Shown in pieces: positions 39,469-52,606 of a stretch of DNA of 64,000 bases. Below the pieces are notes generated by a model. The model saw only the letters and a list, made by a program, of their open reading frames with translations, made no database searches and was not told where the DNA came from. Location of the stretch: the NCBI GenBank assembly GCA_964016885.1, contig OZ024755.1, forward strand, positions 18,538,001 to 18,602,000. The letters are read 5' to 3'. Both the position numbers and the translations under genes were made by a program. The number at the start of each line of letters is the position of its first letter. Position 1 is the first letter of the stretch. The DNA is from Eledone cirrhosa. Its lineage: Eukaryota.

Positions 39469-40755
39469 GCTAGAAAAATAATTCTAATAATGTCACATAT
39501 TTTCTAATAAAACAGCATTACACACAAATAACAATTACTGTTCAGCCCCAAATCAGCTTTAGTAGTGTAGTCGTAGGTTTAAAGACATTCCAGTCATGAC
39601 CATCCCATCTTCCTCCTTTCTCATACTCCTAATACATCTACAAATAGGTTATCCAATATATCCTGTGTTTTTCAAGAGATGTGAGGGTGCAATTTCAAAG
39701 ATTTATATTTAGCAGGTTGGCCAACCTTGTGGAAGCCATTTTCATTGGTTTAAAATGACTAAAGTATTTAATCATTTTGTTACCATATTTCTGATGAAAA
39801 ACACTGCCTATGATTTTCAAATAATTTTGAAATTAATCAAGAATTTGGAGGGGTTTAATAAAATAACTTTCTCATTATTAAGCTGGCTGGTGTTTGGAAC
39901 ATAACAAAGGTTCTTACATAAAATTATGATGGAAGGTTTTTTAAAAAATAGATATAAATGCTTTAACCCTTCTGTAACAATATTTCTAATGAAATACACT
40001 CTGAAATAAGGAGGTTTTACATTGTAGAACCAGGGATGATTTCAAGTGATTTGGTATTAAATTGGTTGTGTATATCCCAAACAAAAATTATCTTAAGAAT
40101 ATGATTTTTAATTAATATTAGTAAGACATTTTTGGTAAACTGATCTTTATTATTTTATCAGATCAACAGTACACTGTTGATTAAGTAAAAACTGAGATTT
40201 TCTTACCTAAATCTTTAATTATTTAATTTATTAATCAAATATCCTTTACATAATTAACTATGTTTATGAGAGTTTGGAAACTAAACATTTTACACCATCA
40301 GTTTTTAATTAATTTCTTGAAATATATGCCTAAATCTACATACATGTCAAAGTGTTCTACCACACCTGTATCATATAACTTTAATAAGAGCACATGTACA
40401 AATAACTGTACATGTACATACAGAGATACACTTACACATTAGACATACACAAAGAGCGATACATACATAGAAATACACATACATTCACATACAGCGATAC
40501 ATACATAGAAATACACATACATACATTCACATAGAGATACACATACCGAGAGATATACACATATATACAGAGTTACACACACACAGATACACATACACAC
40601 ATAGAGATACACATACACATAGAGAGATACACACACACATATACACACATACACATACATGCAGAGATATACACACACACATAGAGAGATAAACATATAT
40701 AGAGAGACACACATACATAAACACATATACAGACAGACATTCTTTCATTATTTTA

Positions 40756-40940
40756 GTGGATTGGCAGTATCGGTAGAGGGTCGGACGCCATGCTTTGACG
40801 CATAGAGTTACTGCCCTTGCCATTCTGAGTTCAAATCCCGAGGTTAACTTTGCCTTTCATCCTTACGGGGTCGACAAAATAAAGTACCAGTAATACACTG
40901 GGATAATTGCTGGCCTTGTGCCTAAAGTAGAAACAATTAT
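40756..40940 (+). mobile_element. SINE family A
   Basis: Match to consensus; possible TSD attatttta. Confidence 0.9.
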
Positions 40941-41290
40941 TTTACTGATTTCAGTTATTAAATTGTGGCCATACTGGAGCACTACCTTAAAGAGATATAG
41001 TTGATCAGATCAATGCAAGTTGTTATTATTTCAAGTCTGGTAATTACTTTATTGATCTTTTTATAGGACATAAACATAAAGACAGGCATGGACACACACA
41101 GAGGATGGGCTTCTGCAGTTTCTGTCTACCAAATTCCACTCACAAGGCATTGGTTAGGCCAAGGCTCTGGTAGAAGACACTTCCCCTAAGGTACCAAACA
41201 GTGGGACTGAACACAAACCTATGGGTTGTAAAACAAACCCTTTAACCACACAGCCATACATATACACATACAAACACAGAGGGAACACAA

Positions 41291-41501
41291 TTAACCCTTT
41301 AGTATTTAAACGGCTGTATCCAGCCAGGATACTCTCACCTCTTTTTGTTCAAACCAGCTGTAACCAGCCCTTCATACTGATGTTAACGTATTCTCAAAAT
41401 AAATAATATCAAAATCTCATAGACTTGATATTATGTGAGATAAAGCCTTTGCATGAATATACAATAGTAAATATAGAGTAATGTGAATGCTAAAGAATTA
41501 A
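41291..41501 (-). mobile_element. piggyBac-type MITE (reverse orientation)
   Basis: TTAA flanks and family sequence. Confidence 0.8.
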
Positions 41502-41747
41502 AATATTAATTCCAGTAAATTAATGGTGAGGCAGTAAAATTAAAAAATAAATTTCAAGTTTGCTTTCATTTCATCCCTTTTTCCTTATTTCTTCAGATTT
41601 TGTTTCACTGAACACACTCACCTCTACCATAACAGAAAAGAAACAACCAAGTTTTCCACAAACTAAAATTAATTTATCCCATTTCTAATCACAATAGTTT
41701 TAAACAGGATTATTCAACAATTCATTTAAAACAAATATGACAAATAA

Positions 41748-42123
41748 TGGTTTCTGATTTAGGCACAAGGCCAGCAATTTTGGGGGGAGGGGAAAGTTGA
41801 TTAAATCGACCCCAGTGCATGATTGGTACTTTATTTATCGACCCCAGGATAAGGCAAAGGATTAAAGGCAAAGCTAACCTCGGAAGGATTTGAACTCAGA
41901 ATGTAAAGGGCCGTAATTAATGCCATAATAATAATTGTTTCTACTTTTGGCACAAGGCCAGCAATTATCCCAGTGCATTACTGGTACTTTATTTTATCGA
42001 CCCCGTAAGGATGAAAGGCAAAGTTAACCTCGGCGGGATTTGAACTCAGAATGGCAAGGGCAGTAACTCTATGCGTCAAAGCATGGCGTCCGACCCTCTA
42101 CCGATACTGCCACTCCACCGCCC
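41748..42123 (-). mobile_element. Older long-form SINE-A relative (41748-41920) and a full SINE A (41928-42123)
   Basis: First copy has an extra ggggaggggaaagttgattaaatcgacccc segment; second matches consensus. Confidence 0.85.
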
Positions 42124-42197
42124 TGTTTATTATTCTTATTATTATTAATGCCTTAATAATAATAAGAATAATAAACATCTCAATTATATGTGTGTGC

Positions 42198-42249
<52 letters not shown>

Positions 42250-42251
<2 letters not shown>

Positions 42252-42440
42252 CGAAGGAAATGTGGTAAGGAACCATAACGCACCAAAGTACTCAATACTT
42301 AGGGTAGTAGAGTGGGTAATAGGAACAAGTAAGACCCCGACGGCTGAGCTCAAGCCGTTTCAACGGCTAATTCTAATTGGCCCAGAATTAGCCGTCGAAA
42401 CGGCTTGAGCTCAGCCGTCAGGGTCTTACTTGTTCCTATA
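42250..42440 (-). mobile_element. Family E fold-back element in (TA)n
   Basis: Reverse complement of 19462-19655; hairpin 42319-42439. Confidence 0.75.
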
Positions 42441-42824
42441 TATATATATATATATATATTATAATGATGATATATATATATATATAAGCTATAAGTATGA
42501 AATACCAATTTTAATAGTAAATGTAACAAATCTTCATTAAATTTGCTATAATTACTGTAATCTTGAAATCTATAAAAGTTAATTTGGAACCAATAAATGA
42601 CAATAATTAAATAATAATAAACAATGATGCATTTCTATATACATAATACATACATTTACACACACATGCATATATACATAATACACACATACATACATTT
42701 ATACAAGCACACATACAAGAACATACATACATACATACACATGCAGAGTAGCAGTGACTACTGACATCACATGTTACTCGGGAAGTGTTGTGCAGATTGA
42801 ATAATATCGAAGTGTCTCACTGCA

Positions 42825-43080
42825 TCACACCTGCCCTAAACACCACACCTGCCCTAAACACCACACCTGCCCTAAACACCACACCAGCCCTAAATACCAC
42901 CACACCTGCCCTAAACACCACCACTGCCACCACACCTGCCCTAAACACCACACCAGCCCTAAACACCACCACTGCCACCACACCTGCCATAAACACCACA
43001 CCTGCCCTAAACACCACCACTGCCACCACACCTGCCCTAAACACCACCACTGCCACCACACCTACCCTAAACACCACCAT
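42825..43080. repeat. Minisatellite of 18/21/27-bp units (caccacacctgccctaaa) followed by (CAC/CAT)n
   Basis: Direct reading. Confidence 0.9.
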
Positions 43081-43638
43081 CACGGTCACCACCACCACCA
43101 CCACCACCATCATCATCATTGTCACCACCACCATCATCTTCACGGTTGCCACCACCACCACCTACATCAAGATCATCACTACCACCACCACCACTACCAC
43201 CTCTACCACTATCATTATCACGGTCACCCCACCCCACCACCACCACCATCAGAAATAATGTTCACCCTATAGCCCCCTACCTCACACACAAAAAAAAACA
43301 ACAAAAGAAATAAGAGAAAGAAAATGAATTGAAAATTAATTTGTTCCAATTTTCGGCTTTTGATTTTTCATAAGAATGAGAGAGAAAGAAAGAGAGAGGG
43401 TGAAGGGAGAGAGAGAAAGAAAGAGAGAGGGAGAGAGAGAGAAAGTGAGAAGTAAACAGACTGTAAAAGAAAAAAAAAGAAAAAAAAGAAGAAAAAAAAG
43501 AAAAAATCTAAGAAGGATGTAGAGAGGGGGAAAATAATATATGTATATATATATATATAGAGAGAGGAACAAAACAAATAATTAAGAATTTTCAAACCAA
43601 ACCAAACCAAACCAAACCAAACCAAAATCCTAAATTAC

Positions 43639-43728
43639 CTCAATAGTCCGTAGCATTATAGTCCAGCTGATCATTTGTATTGTTGTTAGATAATGGACAG
43701 ATGTAGTCCTATAGCAACCTGTGGTCAT
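43639..43728 (-). CDS. Candidate first coding exon (MTTGCYRTTSVHYLTTIQMISWTIMLRTIE) of the same minus-strand gene
   Basis: Donor GAG|gtaatt at 43639 is phase 0, matching the phase-0 acceptor at 17211; frame open back to a stop at 43840; lies in unique, CpG-richer sequence. Confidence 0.45.
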
Positions 43729-43839
43729 ACCCACAGGCAATATTGGTACTGCAGTGTTGTTGTTGTTGTTATTTCTGCTGGTACTGCTGCTGCTGCTGTC
43801 AGCAGAATCACTGAATATGTCATCACTAAAACAGTAATC

Positions 43840-44460
43840 TTATTCCTCTCTCTCTCTCCCTTCTTTAAGTATCACTTTAGAAGGAGAATCAGGGTAGAGA
43901 GAGAGGCACTGCACCCCAGTACATTTACTGAAAGGTGGGTGAATGAAGCGAAAATGGCCCCGAGTGATTGGGCCTTCTCTGTATATAAGCCTGTAGGTTG
44001 AGGAAGAGAGCAAAAGGAAGAAAGGAGCACTTGCACAACACGCTCCTGGAGTTGAGGGTTGTTCTATCGACGGGGTATTAAACAACCCATTTGTGGCGCC
44101 TCCCCTCTATTGGGGATTTCGATTGTTGTAATATTTTTATATTTTTATATTTTTTACACGACTGTATGTAAAATCCCCGGCATGTCTTTGTATTGTCCCC
44201 TTTTCTTGTTGCGCCCTTGTGGCTAATAAAGAAATATATCTATCTATCTCTCTGCCAAATAACACCAATACCCGGGTAGAAGAATGGTGGAAACTACATC
44301 TGTAGATCTGCCGTAGTAATTCTCTCTGTAACATCACTGTGCCTGTCTAATGACTGCCGCCAAATACTCTGAAATTCAGCCTGATGCTGCTGGCTGCACA
44401 ATAAGACTGTTGCTTTCAGATACGGTCGTAGCAGAATGTACATTGTAAAAGACAATGTTC
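43840..44460 (-). promoter_or_regulatory. Unique, GC/CpG-richer island; candidate 5'UTR or promoter
   Basis: Repeat-free, several CpGs (cgacgggg, ggcgcc, ccccggc, gcgccc, cccggg), directly upstream of the candidate exon. Confidence 0.35.
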
Positions 44461-44694
44461 TCATGCCTAGACAAGCATACACCCAGAGAAATATGCATAT
44501 ATATATATATATGTATATATATGTGTGTGTGTATATACATATATATATGTATATGTATGTATGTATGTATGTATATATGTTTGTATATATATATATATAT
44601 ATATATGTTTGTATGTATATATATATATATATATATGTTTGTATATATATATATATATATATATATGTGTTTGTATATATATATATATATATGT

Positions 44695-44733
<39 letters not shown>

Positions 44734-44865
44734 TGTGTGTATGTATATATATATGTTTGTGTATATATATATGTTTGTATGTATATATACATATATGTTT
44801 GTGTATATATATATGTTTGTATGTATATATACATATATGTTTGTATATGCATATATATATATGTT

Positions 44866-44901
<36 letters not shown>

Positions 44902-45294
44902 TGTATATATATATATGTTTATGTATATATATATATATTTATATATATGTTTGTATGTATTTATATATATGTTTGTATGTATATATATATATGTTTGTAT
45001 ATATATATATATATGCTTGTATATATATATATATATATATGTTTGTATATATATATATATGTATGTTTGTATATATATATATATATATATGTCTGTATGT
45101 ATATATATATATATGTATGTATGTATATATTTATGTGTGTATGTGTATGTGTATGTATTATATATTCCAGTGATACAATATACCCCATTCTAAACAGCAG
45201 TATATCCCAAGACAGTGATGTCATTTCTGCCCCCAACCCCATTTCTTTCTCTACTTCTCTATTTCTGAAAATATGATCTATACAAACTAATCCA

Positions 45295-47050
45295 CCACAC
45301 AAACACTAACACCACCACACTCACACAAACAGTAACACTACCACACACACACACACAAACAGTAACACCACCACACACACACAAACACTAACACCACCAC
45401 ACTCACGCACAAACAGTAACACCACCACACTCACACAAACACTAACACCACCACACTCACACAAACACTAACACCACCACACTCACACACAAACAGTAAC
45501 ACCACCACACTCATACACAAACAGTAACACCACCACCACACTCACACACAAACACTAACACCACCACACTCACACAAACAGTAACACCACCACCACACTC
45601 ACACACAAACACTAACACCACCACACTCACACAAACAGTAACACCACCACACTCACACAAACAGTAACACCACCACTCACACACAAACAGTAACACCACC
45701 ACTCACACACAAACAGTAACACCACCACCACACTCACACACAAACACTAACACCACCACACTCACACAAACAGTAACACCACCACACTCACACAAACAGT
45801 AACACCACCACACTCACACAAACAGTAACACCACCACACTCTCACACAAACAGTAACACCACCACCACACTCACACACAAACACTAACACCACCACACTC
45901 ACACAAACAGTAACACCACCACACACACTCACACACAAACAGTAACACCACCACACTCACACACAAACAGTAACACCACCACACTCACACACAAACAGTA
46001 ACACCACCACCACACACAAACACTAACACCACCACACACACACAAACAGTAACACCACCACCACACTCACACACAAACAGTAACACCACCACCACACTCA
46101 CACACAAACAGTAACACCACCACACTCACACACAAACAGTAACACCACCACACTCACACACAAACACTAACACTACCACCACACTCACACACAAACACTA
46201 ACACCACCACACTCACACACAAACACTAACACCACCACCACACACAAACACTAACACCACCACCACACTCACACATAAACAGTAACACCACCACCACACT
46301 CACACACAAACACTAACACCACCACACTCACACAAACAGTAACACCACCACCACACTCACACACAAACAGTAACACCACCACCACACTCACACACAAACA
46401 CTAACACCACCACACTCACACAAACAGTAACACCACCACCACACACAACAAACAGTAACACACTCACACACAAACAGTAACACCACCACCACACTCACAC
46501 ACAAACACTAACACCACCACACTCACACAAACAGTAACACCACCACACTCACACACAAACAGTAACACCACCACCACACTCACACACAAACAGTAACACC
46601 ACCACCACACTCACACACAAACACTAACACCACCACACTCACACAAACAGTAACACCACCACCACACTCACACACAAACACTAACACCACCACCACACTC
46701 ACACAAACAGTAACACCACCACACTCACACACAAACAGTAACACCACCACACTCACACACAAACAGTAACACCACCACACTCACACACAAACAGTAACAC
46801 CACCACACTCACACATAAACAGTAACACCACCACCACCACACTCACACACAAACACTAACACCACCACACTCACACATAAACAGTAACACCACCACCACA
46901 CTCACACAAACAGTAACACTACGACACACACACACACACACAAACAGTAACACCACCACACACACACACACAAACAGTAACACCACCACCACACTCACAC
47001 ACAAACCAATCCACACACACACATACACACTAACAGTAACACCACACACA
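45295..47050. repeat. ~1.75-kb complex minisatellite (cacacaaac[ag/ac]taacaccaccacact, 24-29 bp)
   Basis: Direct reading. Confidence 0.95.
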
Positions 47051-47880
47051 CATATACTAAGTAATAGTTAGTGAAGAAGGGGCCTAACCAACTAACTAAC
47101 CAACGAACCAAAAGCTGTTTCCTCCATCTGGGTGTTTTCATTTCATATATTAACAACAGCCCCTTCAGTAGGGAACCAAAACAGTATCGACATATAGCAG
47201 TGGACCCATGAGAAGCCACAAGTAATGGCATGCAGAAGGAGATAGTAGAAATAAGAAAGTAACAGACAGATTCTTAGTATAAGGAAACTAGATGTGTTCT
47301 TCTGTTTCAGAATTTAATCTCCACTCCCACAAAAAAAAAAAAAAAAAAAAAAATGGTGGGGAAAAATGGGGAAAAAAAAATCCAGAAAAAAAAATCCCCC
47401 CCAAAACAACAAAAAAACTATTATCATCCTATCATCCGACTATCTCTTCTACATCCACTTTTAAAAGCAGCTATGATAGTAAAATAAAGAGGAAAATAAA
47501 GGAAAATGAATGAAGTCAAAGGAACATTATGTATAACAGTGTATGTTTCTGGCAGGCTATTTTTAAACTTTGTTGCATGCAGATACATAAACAAAACAGA
47601 AATCTAATTCCACTCTTCCATCTCTTAAAATTAATTGATTTCATAAGAATATATATAGACATACATACTTATATAAATATATAACAATAACACACACACG
47701 CACACACATATATATATATATAAATGAAAGTATAGAAATTATTGTGAGCGTGAAGCCAACAGTATTTCATATATATATATATATATTATATATATAACGA
47801 AGGAATTGTGGTAAGGAACCAGATGGACCATAACACACCAGAGTACTCAATACTTAGGGTATTCCTATATATATATATAT

Positions 47881-48066
47881 AAAGGTAGAACACTGGAGGG
47901 TTATATCCATAGTAGTAGAACACTCAGTCCATGAGACGAGTTTGGTAGAAGTAGTAACAACAGTTAGTTCACCATACCGAGAACAAATGTCTCACGAGCT
48001 GAAGATCCGCATAAGGTGAAACATTTGACCTCGGTATGGTGAACTAACTGTTGTGTTGCTACTTCA
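47881..48066 (+). mobile_element. Fold-back element family G with degenerate HHR (47995-48033)
   Basis: Hairpin 47948-47995/48016-48065; cgag-CUGAAGA-tcc..ggt-GAAAC-attt-GAC-ctcg; the mirrored arm reads GUU at the triplet. Confidence 0.65.
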
Positions 48067-48087
48067 ATATATATATATATATATGAA

Positions 48088-48398
48088 TTGAACTCGCAAT
48101 CGAAAGGTTGTGAGTTCAATTCTCAGACCGAGCGATGTGTTGTTTCCTTGAGCAAGACACTTTATTTCACATTGCTCCAGTTTACTCAGCTGTAGAAATG
48201 AGATGATAGGGACTGGGGTCCCTATGATTCCACTGCAAAATGGTCGTGGAGGTGCCACGGCAAAAAAGCACCCAGTACTCACTGTAAATGAGGTTGGTAT
48301 TAGGAAGGGCATCCAGCTGTAGAAATCAAGCCAGAATCAGTTCCTGTCCCACCCTTGCAAGCAGGGAAAAAGCGGATGTAAAATGAAATGATGATGAT
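48088..48398 (+). mobile_element. SINE family B
   Basis: Match to 26919-27262. Confidence 0.9.
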
Positions 48399-48440
48399 AT
48401 ATATTAGAATTGGTGCTCTGAAATAGCGATATATATATAT

Positions 48441-48744
48441 GAATGTATATATAGTGTATTTTGCAATAAATGTATGCTTAATTAAAAGCATTTCTAAGAC
48501 CTTACGCTATTGTTTTAGAGTAGTGACAGTCTCACTTAGTTTAAATTTTCAGCAAACAGGGGAGATAAAGCTGACAGAGCTCTGTTTCGTACTTTTTGGT
48601 ACTTATCAAAGCTAAGTACTCCACCTGTTTGCTGAAAATTTTAAGTAAGTGAGACTGTCACTACTCTAAAACAATAGCGTAAGGTCTTTGAAATGCTTTT
48701 AATTAAGCATACAGTGTATTGCAAAATACACTATATATACATTC
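48441..48744 (-). mobile_element. Fold-back element family H: ~125-bp inverted arms around an HHR-containing spacer, in (TA)n
   Basis: Arms 48441-48564 and 48619-48744 nearly perfectly complementary. Confidence 0.85.
48561..48622 (-). ncRNA. Type I hammerhead ribozyme motif with mutated core (UUGAUAA)
   Basis: Minus strand: ggag..agct-UUGAUAA-gtac caaaaa gtac-GAAA-cagagctctg-UC-agct..ctcc; all three stems and GUC intact, C3U and G8A in core. Confidence 0.72.
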
Positions 48745-49377
48745 ATATATATATATATATATATATATAAGTGGATCCTTGGTTCATGGATGCCTCTCAT
48801 CATGAACAAATCAGTTCACAACAAATGGTGACTCGAGTAACGAACATGCAACACCAACCAAGTTTACAGTGTGGACTGGGAGGTTTTTACCGTGTTACCT
48901 ACACGGCCACATTACAGCGTGGACTGTGTGTTTTTTTTGTCGTGACACCTACACGACCTCATTTGTTTCGGACTGGATGTTGTGGTACCAACATAACTTT
49001 ACATTGAAAGGGGTGGTTGGTGTTAGGAAGGGCATCCAGCCGTAGAAAACCCGCCAGACAGTCCTATGCGAGGAAGACAACCAATCTTGCCTCAAGTGGG
49101 ACAATTCCCGTCCAGACCCATGCTAGCGTGGAAAATGGACATTAAACGATGATGATGATGATGATGATGACACACATACATAGCCTCTATACAGCTGTTC
49201 ATCTAGCAAGGAATACCAACCAAATCTATCCCCAAATCACACACACATTTTAGAACAACAAAAATAGGAATCCATTTGATAAGATGATGTGATGGTGATT
49301 GTTGTAACACATTTTGGTCCTAGGTTTTGGCAACTAAATAACCACAAATGTTCACCAAACCTGACATATGCACTCTA

Positions 49378-49489
49378 TTAATAATTGTTTCTACTTTTGG
49401 CACAAGGCCAGCAATTATCCCAGTGCATTACTGGTACTTTATTTTATCGACCCTGTAAGGATGAAAGGCAAAGTTAACCTCGGTGGGAT
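49378..49489 (-). mobile_element. 5'-truncated SINE A
   Basis: 3' half of consensus. Confidence 0.85.
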
Positions 49490-51146
49490 GATGTTAGTCC
49501 CGAATATCTTCAAATTTTTACTACAGAATGATTTTCATGAGCAATAATGCATTTTACATTGACTGAAATTAATGCAAAAATCAAGTGTTAGTGATTGTAA
49601 TCCTCGATTAATGTGTGGCCATGATTTTATCAGAAGCAGATAAAATATCAACTAGATCAAGATTTCCCCTATCTCGATATCTTGCCATATTCATACCTAC
49701 ATAATTTTCAGGGTGTAACAAATAAGAACAGCTAGAAATAAAGAACACACCTATAAAGTGAAAATCCAGGTCTTGTTGAAAGTAAGCTGATTTACAAAGA
49801 AAAGAAGACAAACAAAAAAGGTGAAATGAAACTGGAGATGATAGACAAAGTTGTTTAAAAGCTATCAGGATAAAATCTGCTGCAAAATAGTTGAAGAAAA
49901 CTGAATCGTAAAGAGAAGAAAGGATACCAGATGAGAATGAGAAAAAAATGGAGTTAATATCTTCTGTGTAAAGACCTCATAGCTTTCGTTTCATGTTGAA
50001 CAAATGACTTTAACAACTGATGTGTCATCTTATTCGTGATGTAACTGCTGGGAATTCTTCCAAGCTTTTGATCACAGTTGCAAATGGTGAAATAATATCC
50101 AAAATCTTCCAATGGGAATAAGTATTCCATAAAGATGTGGTGGTGGTCTGCTATTAACAAATTTCAACTAAATTAAGTTTTAACATAGCTAAAAACTAGA
50201 AGATTCCCAAGTGATTTTACAAAAAGAGTAATTTTATTTTTTTAAAAATTAGGAAATACTGAAGGGATTCTCAGAGCAAGAATTTGTATGTAAGGCCATT
50301 GACACAGTTATAAAGTTAAAAGTCTGTCCTAAGCCTAGATAAAAAGATATAAGAGGGTAGTGTGCTTGAGAGGGTAGTTTTGTTTCTCTGCTCAACTGTC
50401 TCAGATGGGTTGGGGGTGAAATAGATTTTCTGTGAGGAGTAATCAAGATAAAGCTAATTAGTTGATAATCAGAGGTTTGTATTGTATTAATTAAGCAGTG
50501 GTGGATAGGTTTGGAAATAAGGCAAAGATGATGACTGTTTTAAGAGGAGATTTTTTATCATGAAACAAAGTAGTGATTGAAGATACTAACTAGTGAAGAC
50601 GATTTAGAATGGCAATTAATTCAGGTTTTGCAGCAGTGGTATGAATGTGATAGGAGTGTGAGAGAAGAAGAGCTGTGGGTATTGATGACATGGAGGATGA
50701 TAACTTTAAGAGAGGTGAAATGAAGTAAATATCTTCAATGTATGATGAACGGTAGTCACTCAAATGTTGGTCTGGTGGTTGATAGGTTTCAAAGTGTAGT
50801 AAAGAGAGAGAGAGGTGATAAATTTGGGTGAATAGGGAAGAGAGAAACTTTGAACCAGAGTGAATAAAAATCTTTGTTACTGATTAGGAGCCCAAAAATC
50901 CAAGGGTGCTTGTACATATTTGCCTCTTACCAAAAAAAACAAATAAAAAAAACAAACTCTTAGCCCTCTTGGATTTTGAGAGGAGTTCTCCCCTTCTCTA
51001 CTTCTGGGAACCCAAAGGCAGTCTCTCATTTTACCTTACGAAATTTCTTCTAGAGGCTCTACTGTTAAAATACAGATGAGAGAGGTGAATTCTATAGTGG
51101 TAAGAAACCCTCAAGAGAGCTGGTCAATAGGTCTTCAAAGAAGAAT

Positions 51147-51200
<54 letters not shown>

Positions 51201-51530
51201 GTGTGTGTGTGGTAAGAAACCCTCAGGAAAGCTGAACAGCAACAGGTCTTCAGAGAAAGAACCCTCACCCCACTCAAGTGAGTGTTTCGGCCCTTAACTT
51301 CTACCTTAACAAACACTACCTTTCAAAATGGAGTCGGAATATCATATCATAGCTTACTCACATTTCTCTTTACATGATACTTCTTATAAACTATCCAACA
51401 GATGTTTTCTCTTACTCCAATCATGTAATCTTTTTTTCAAATGATCACTTTCAACCATTTTACTATCACTAATCAATATTCAAGTGTTTAATTCTCTCAC
51501 CCACATCTTCACATAATCCTACTTTCTTCA

Positions 51531-51594
<64 letters not shown>

Positions 51595-52042
51595 CATTTC
51601 TTTGCTTGCTTTGTTTTTCTCTAGCTATAATTAAGCTATCAGTTTTATCTTTGGAGTTTCTAAGCTTCATCTATAACAACTTCATCCTGTTTGCTTTAGA
51701 CATATTTATTTATATAGTATCATTTGTTACCCCGCGATATTTTTATCTCAAACTGTATTTTGTTTGTTTTGAGATCCCCATCATCATCAACACCATGTTA
51801 TTTAGTGGAATACAAAAACAAAAACAACAACACTTCCTTAGACTTTCCAGAGCAATATTTCTTAGTCTCGTCCCATGATAGATAAAACAAAATAATTTAG
51901 ATATTTCAAAACAAAAATGTAGAAACATTGATTACTTAATTCTAGATAACCAGCACTAGATAACCAAGATAACCAAAATGCTTTTGATCATCTTAATAAT
52001 AATAATAATAATAATAATATATATAAATATACATGTATATAC

Positions 52043-52083
<41 letters not shown>

Positions 52084-52555
52084 TACATATATACACATGT
52101 ATATATATACACATGCATATATACATATATACATATATACACACATATATACATGTATGTATACACATGTATATATACATATATACATATATACACACAT
52201 ATATACATGTATGTATACACATGTATATATACATATATACATAGATATATACACATGTATATATACATATATACACACATATATACACATGTATATATAC
52301 ATATACACACACATATATATACGTATATACATAGATATACACACATATACATTACACACACACACACATATATTTACATATATACATAAATATACATTAT
52401 ACACACACACATAATATATTTACATATATACATAAATATACATTACACACACACCCACACATAATATATTTACATATATACATAAATATACATTACACAC
52501 GCACACACACATAATATATTTACATATATACATAAATATACATTACACACACACG

Positions 52556-52606
<51 letters not shown>

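Noticed and set aside
42825-43080. CCCTAAA as interstitial telomeric repeat
   Set aside because: Single heptamers inside a longer unit, and not the metazoan TTAGGG tandem array
42785-43258. 157-aa mucin-like ORF with TTPALN repeats
   Set aside because: Made entirely of a minisatellite and (CAC)n, GTG start, open on both strands, no splice support; treated as non-coding repeat
44376-45302. Long YI/CV/HT-rich ORFs here and at 4741-6007, 29359-30744, 51956-52414, 58925-61568
   Set aside because: Translations of (TA)n/(CA)n microsatellites that lack stop codons by composition
49560-50800. Possible ancient LINE on the minus strand
   Set aside because: Only faint endonuclease-like words with many stops; cannot be assigned without a profile search
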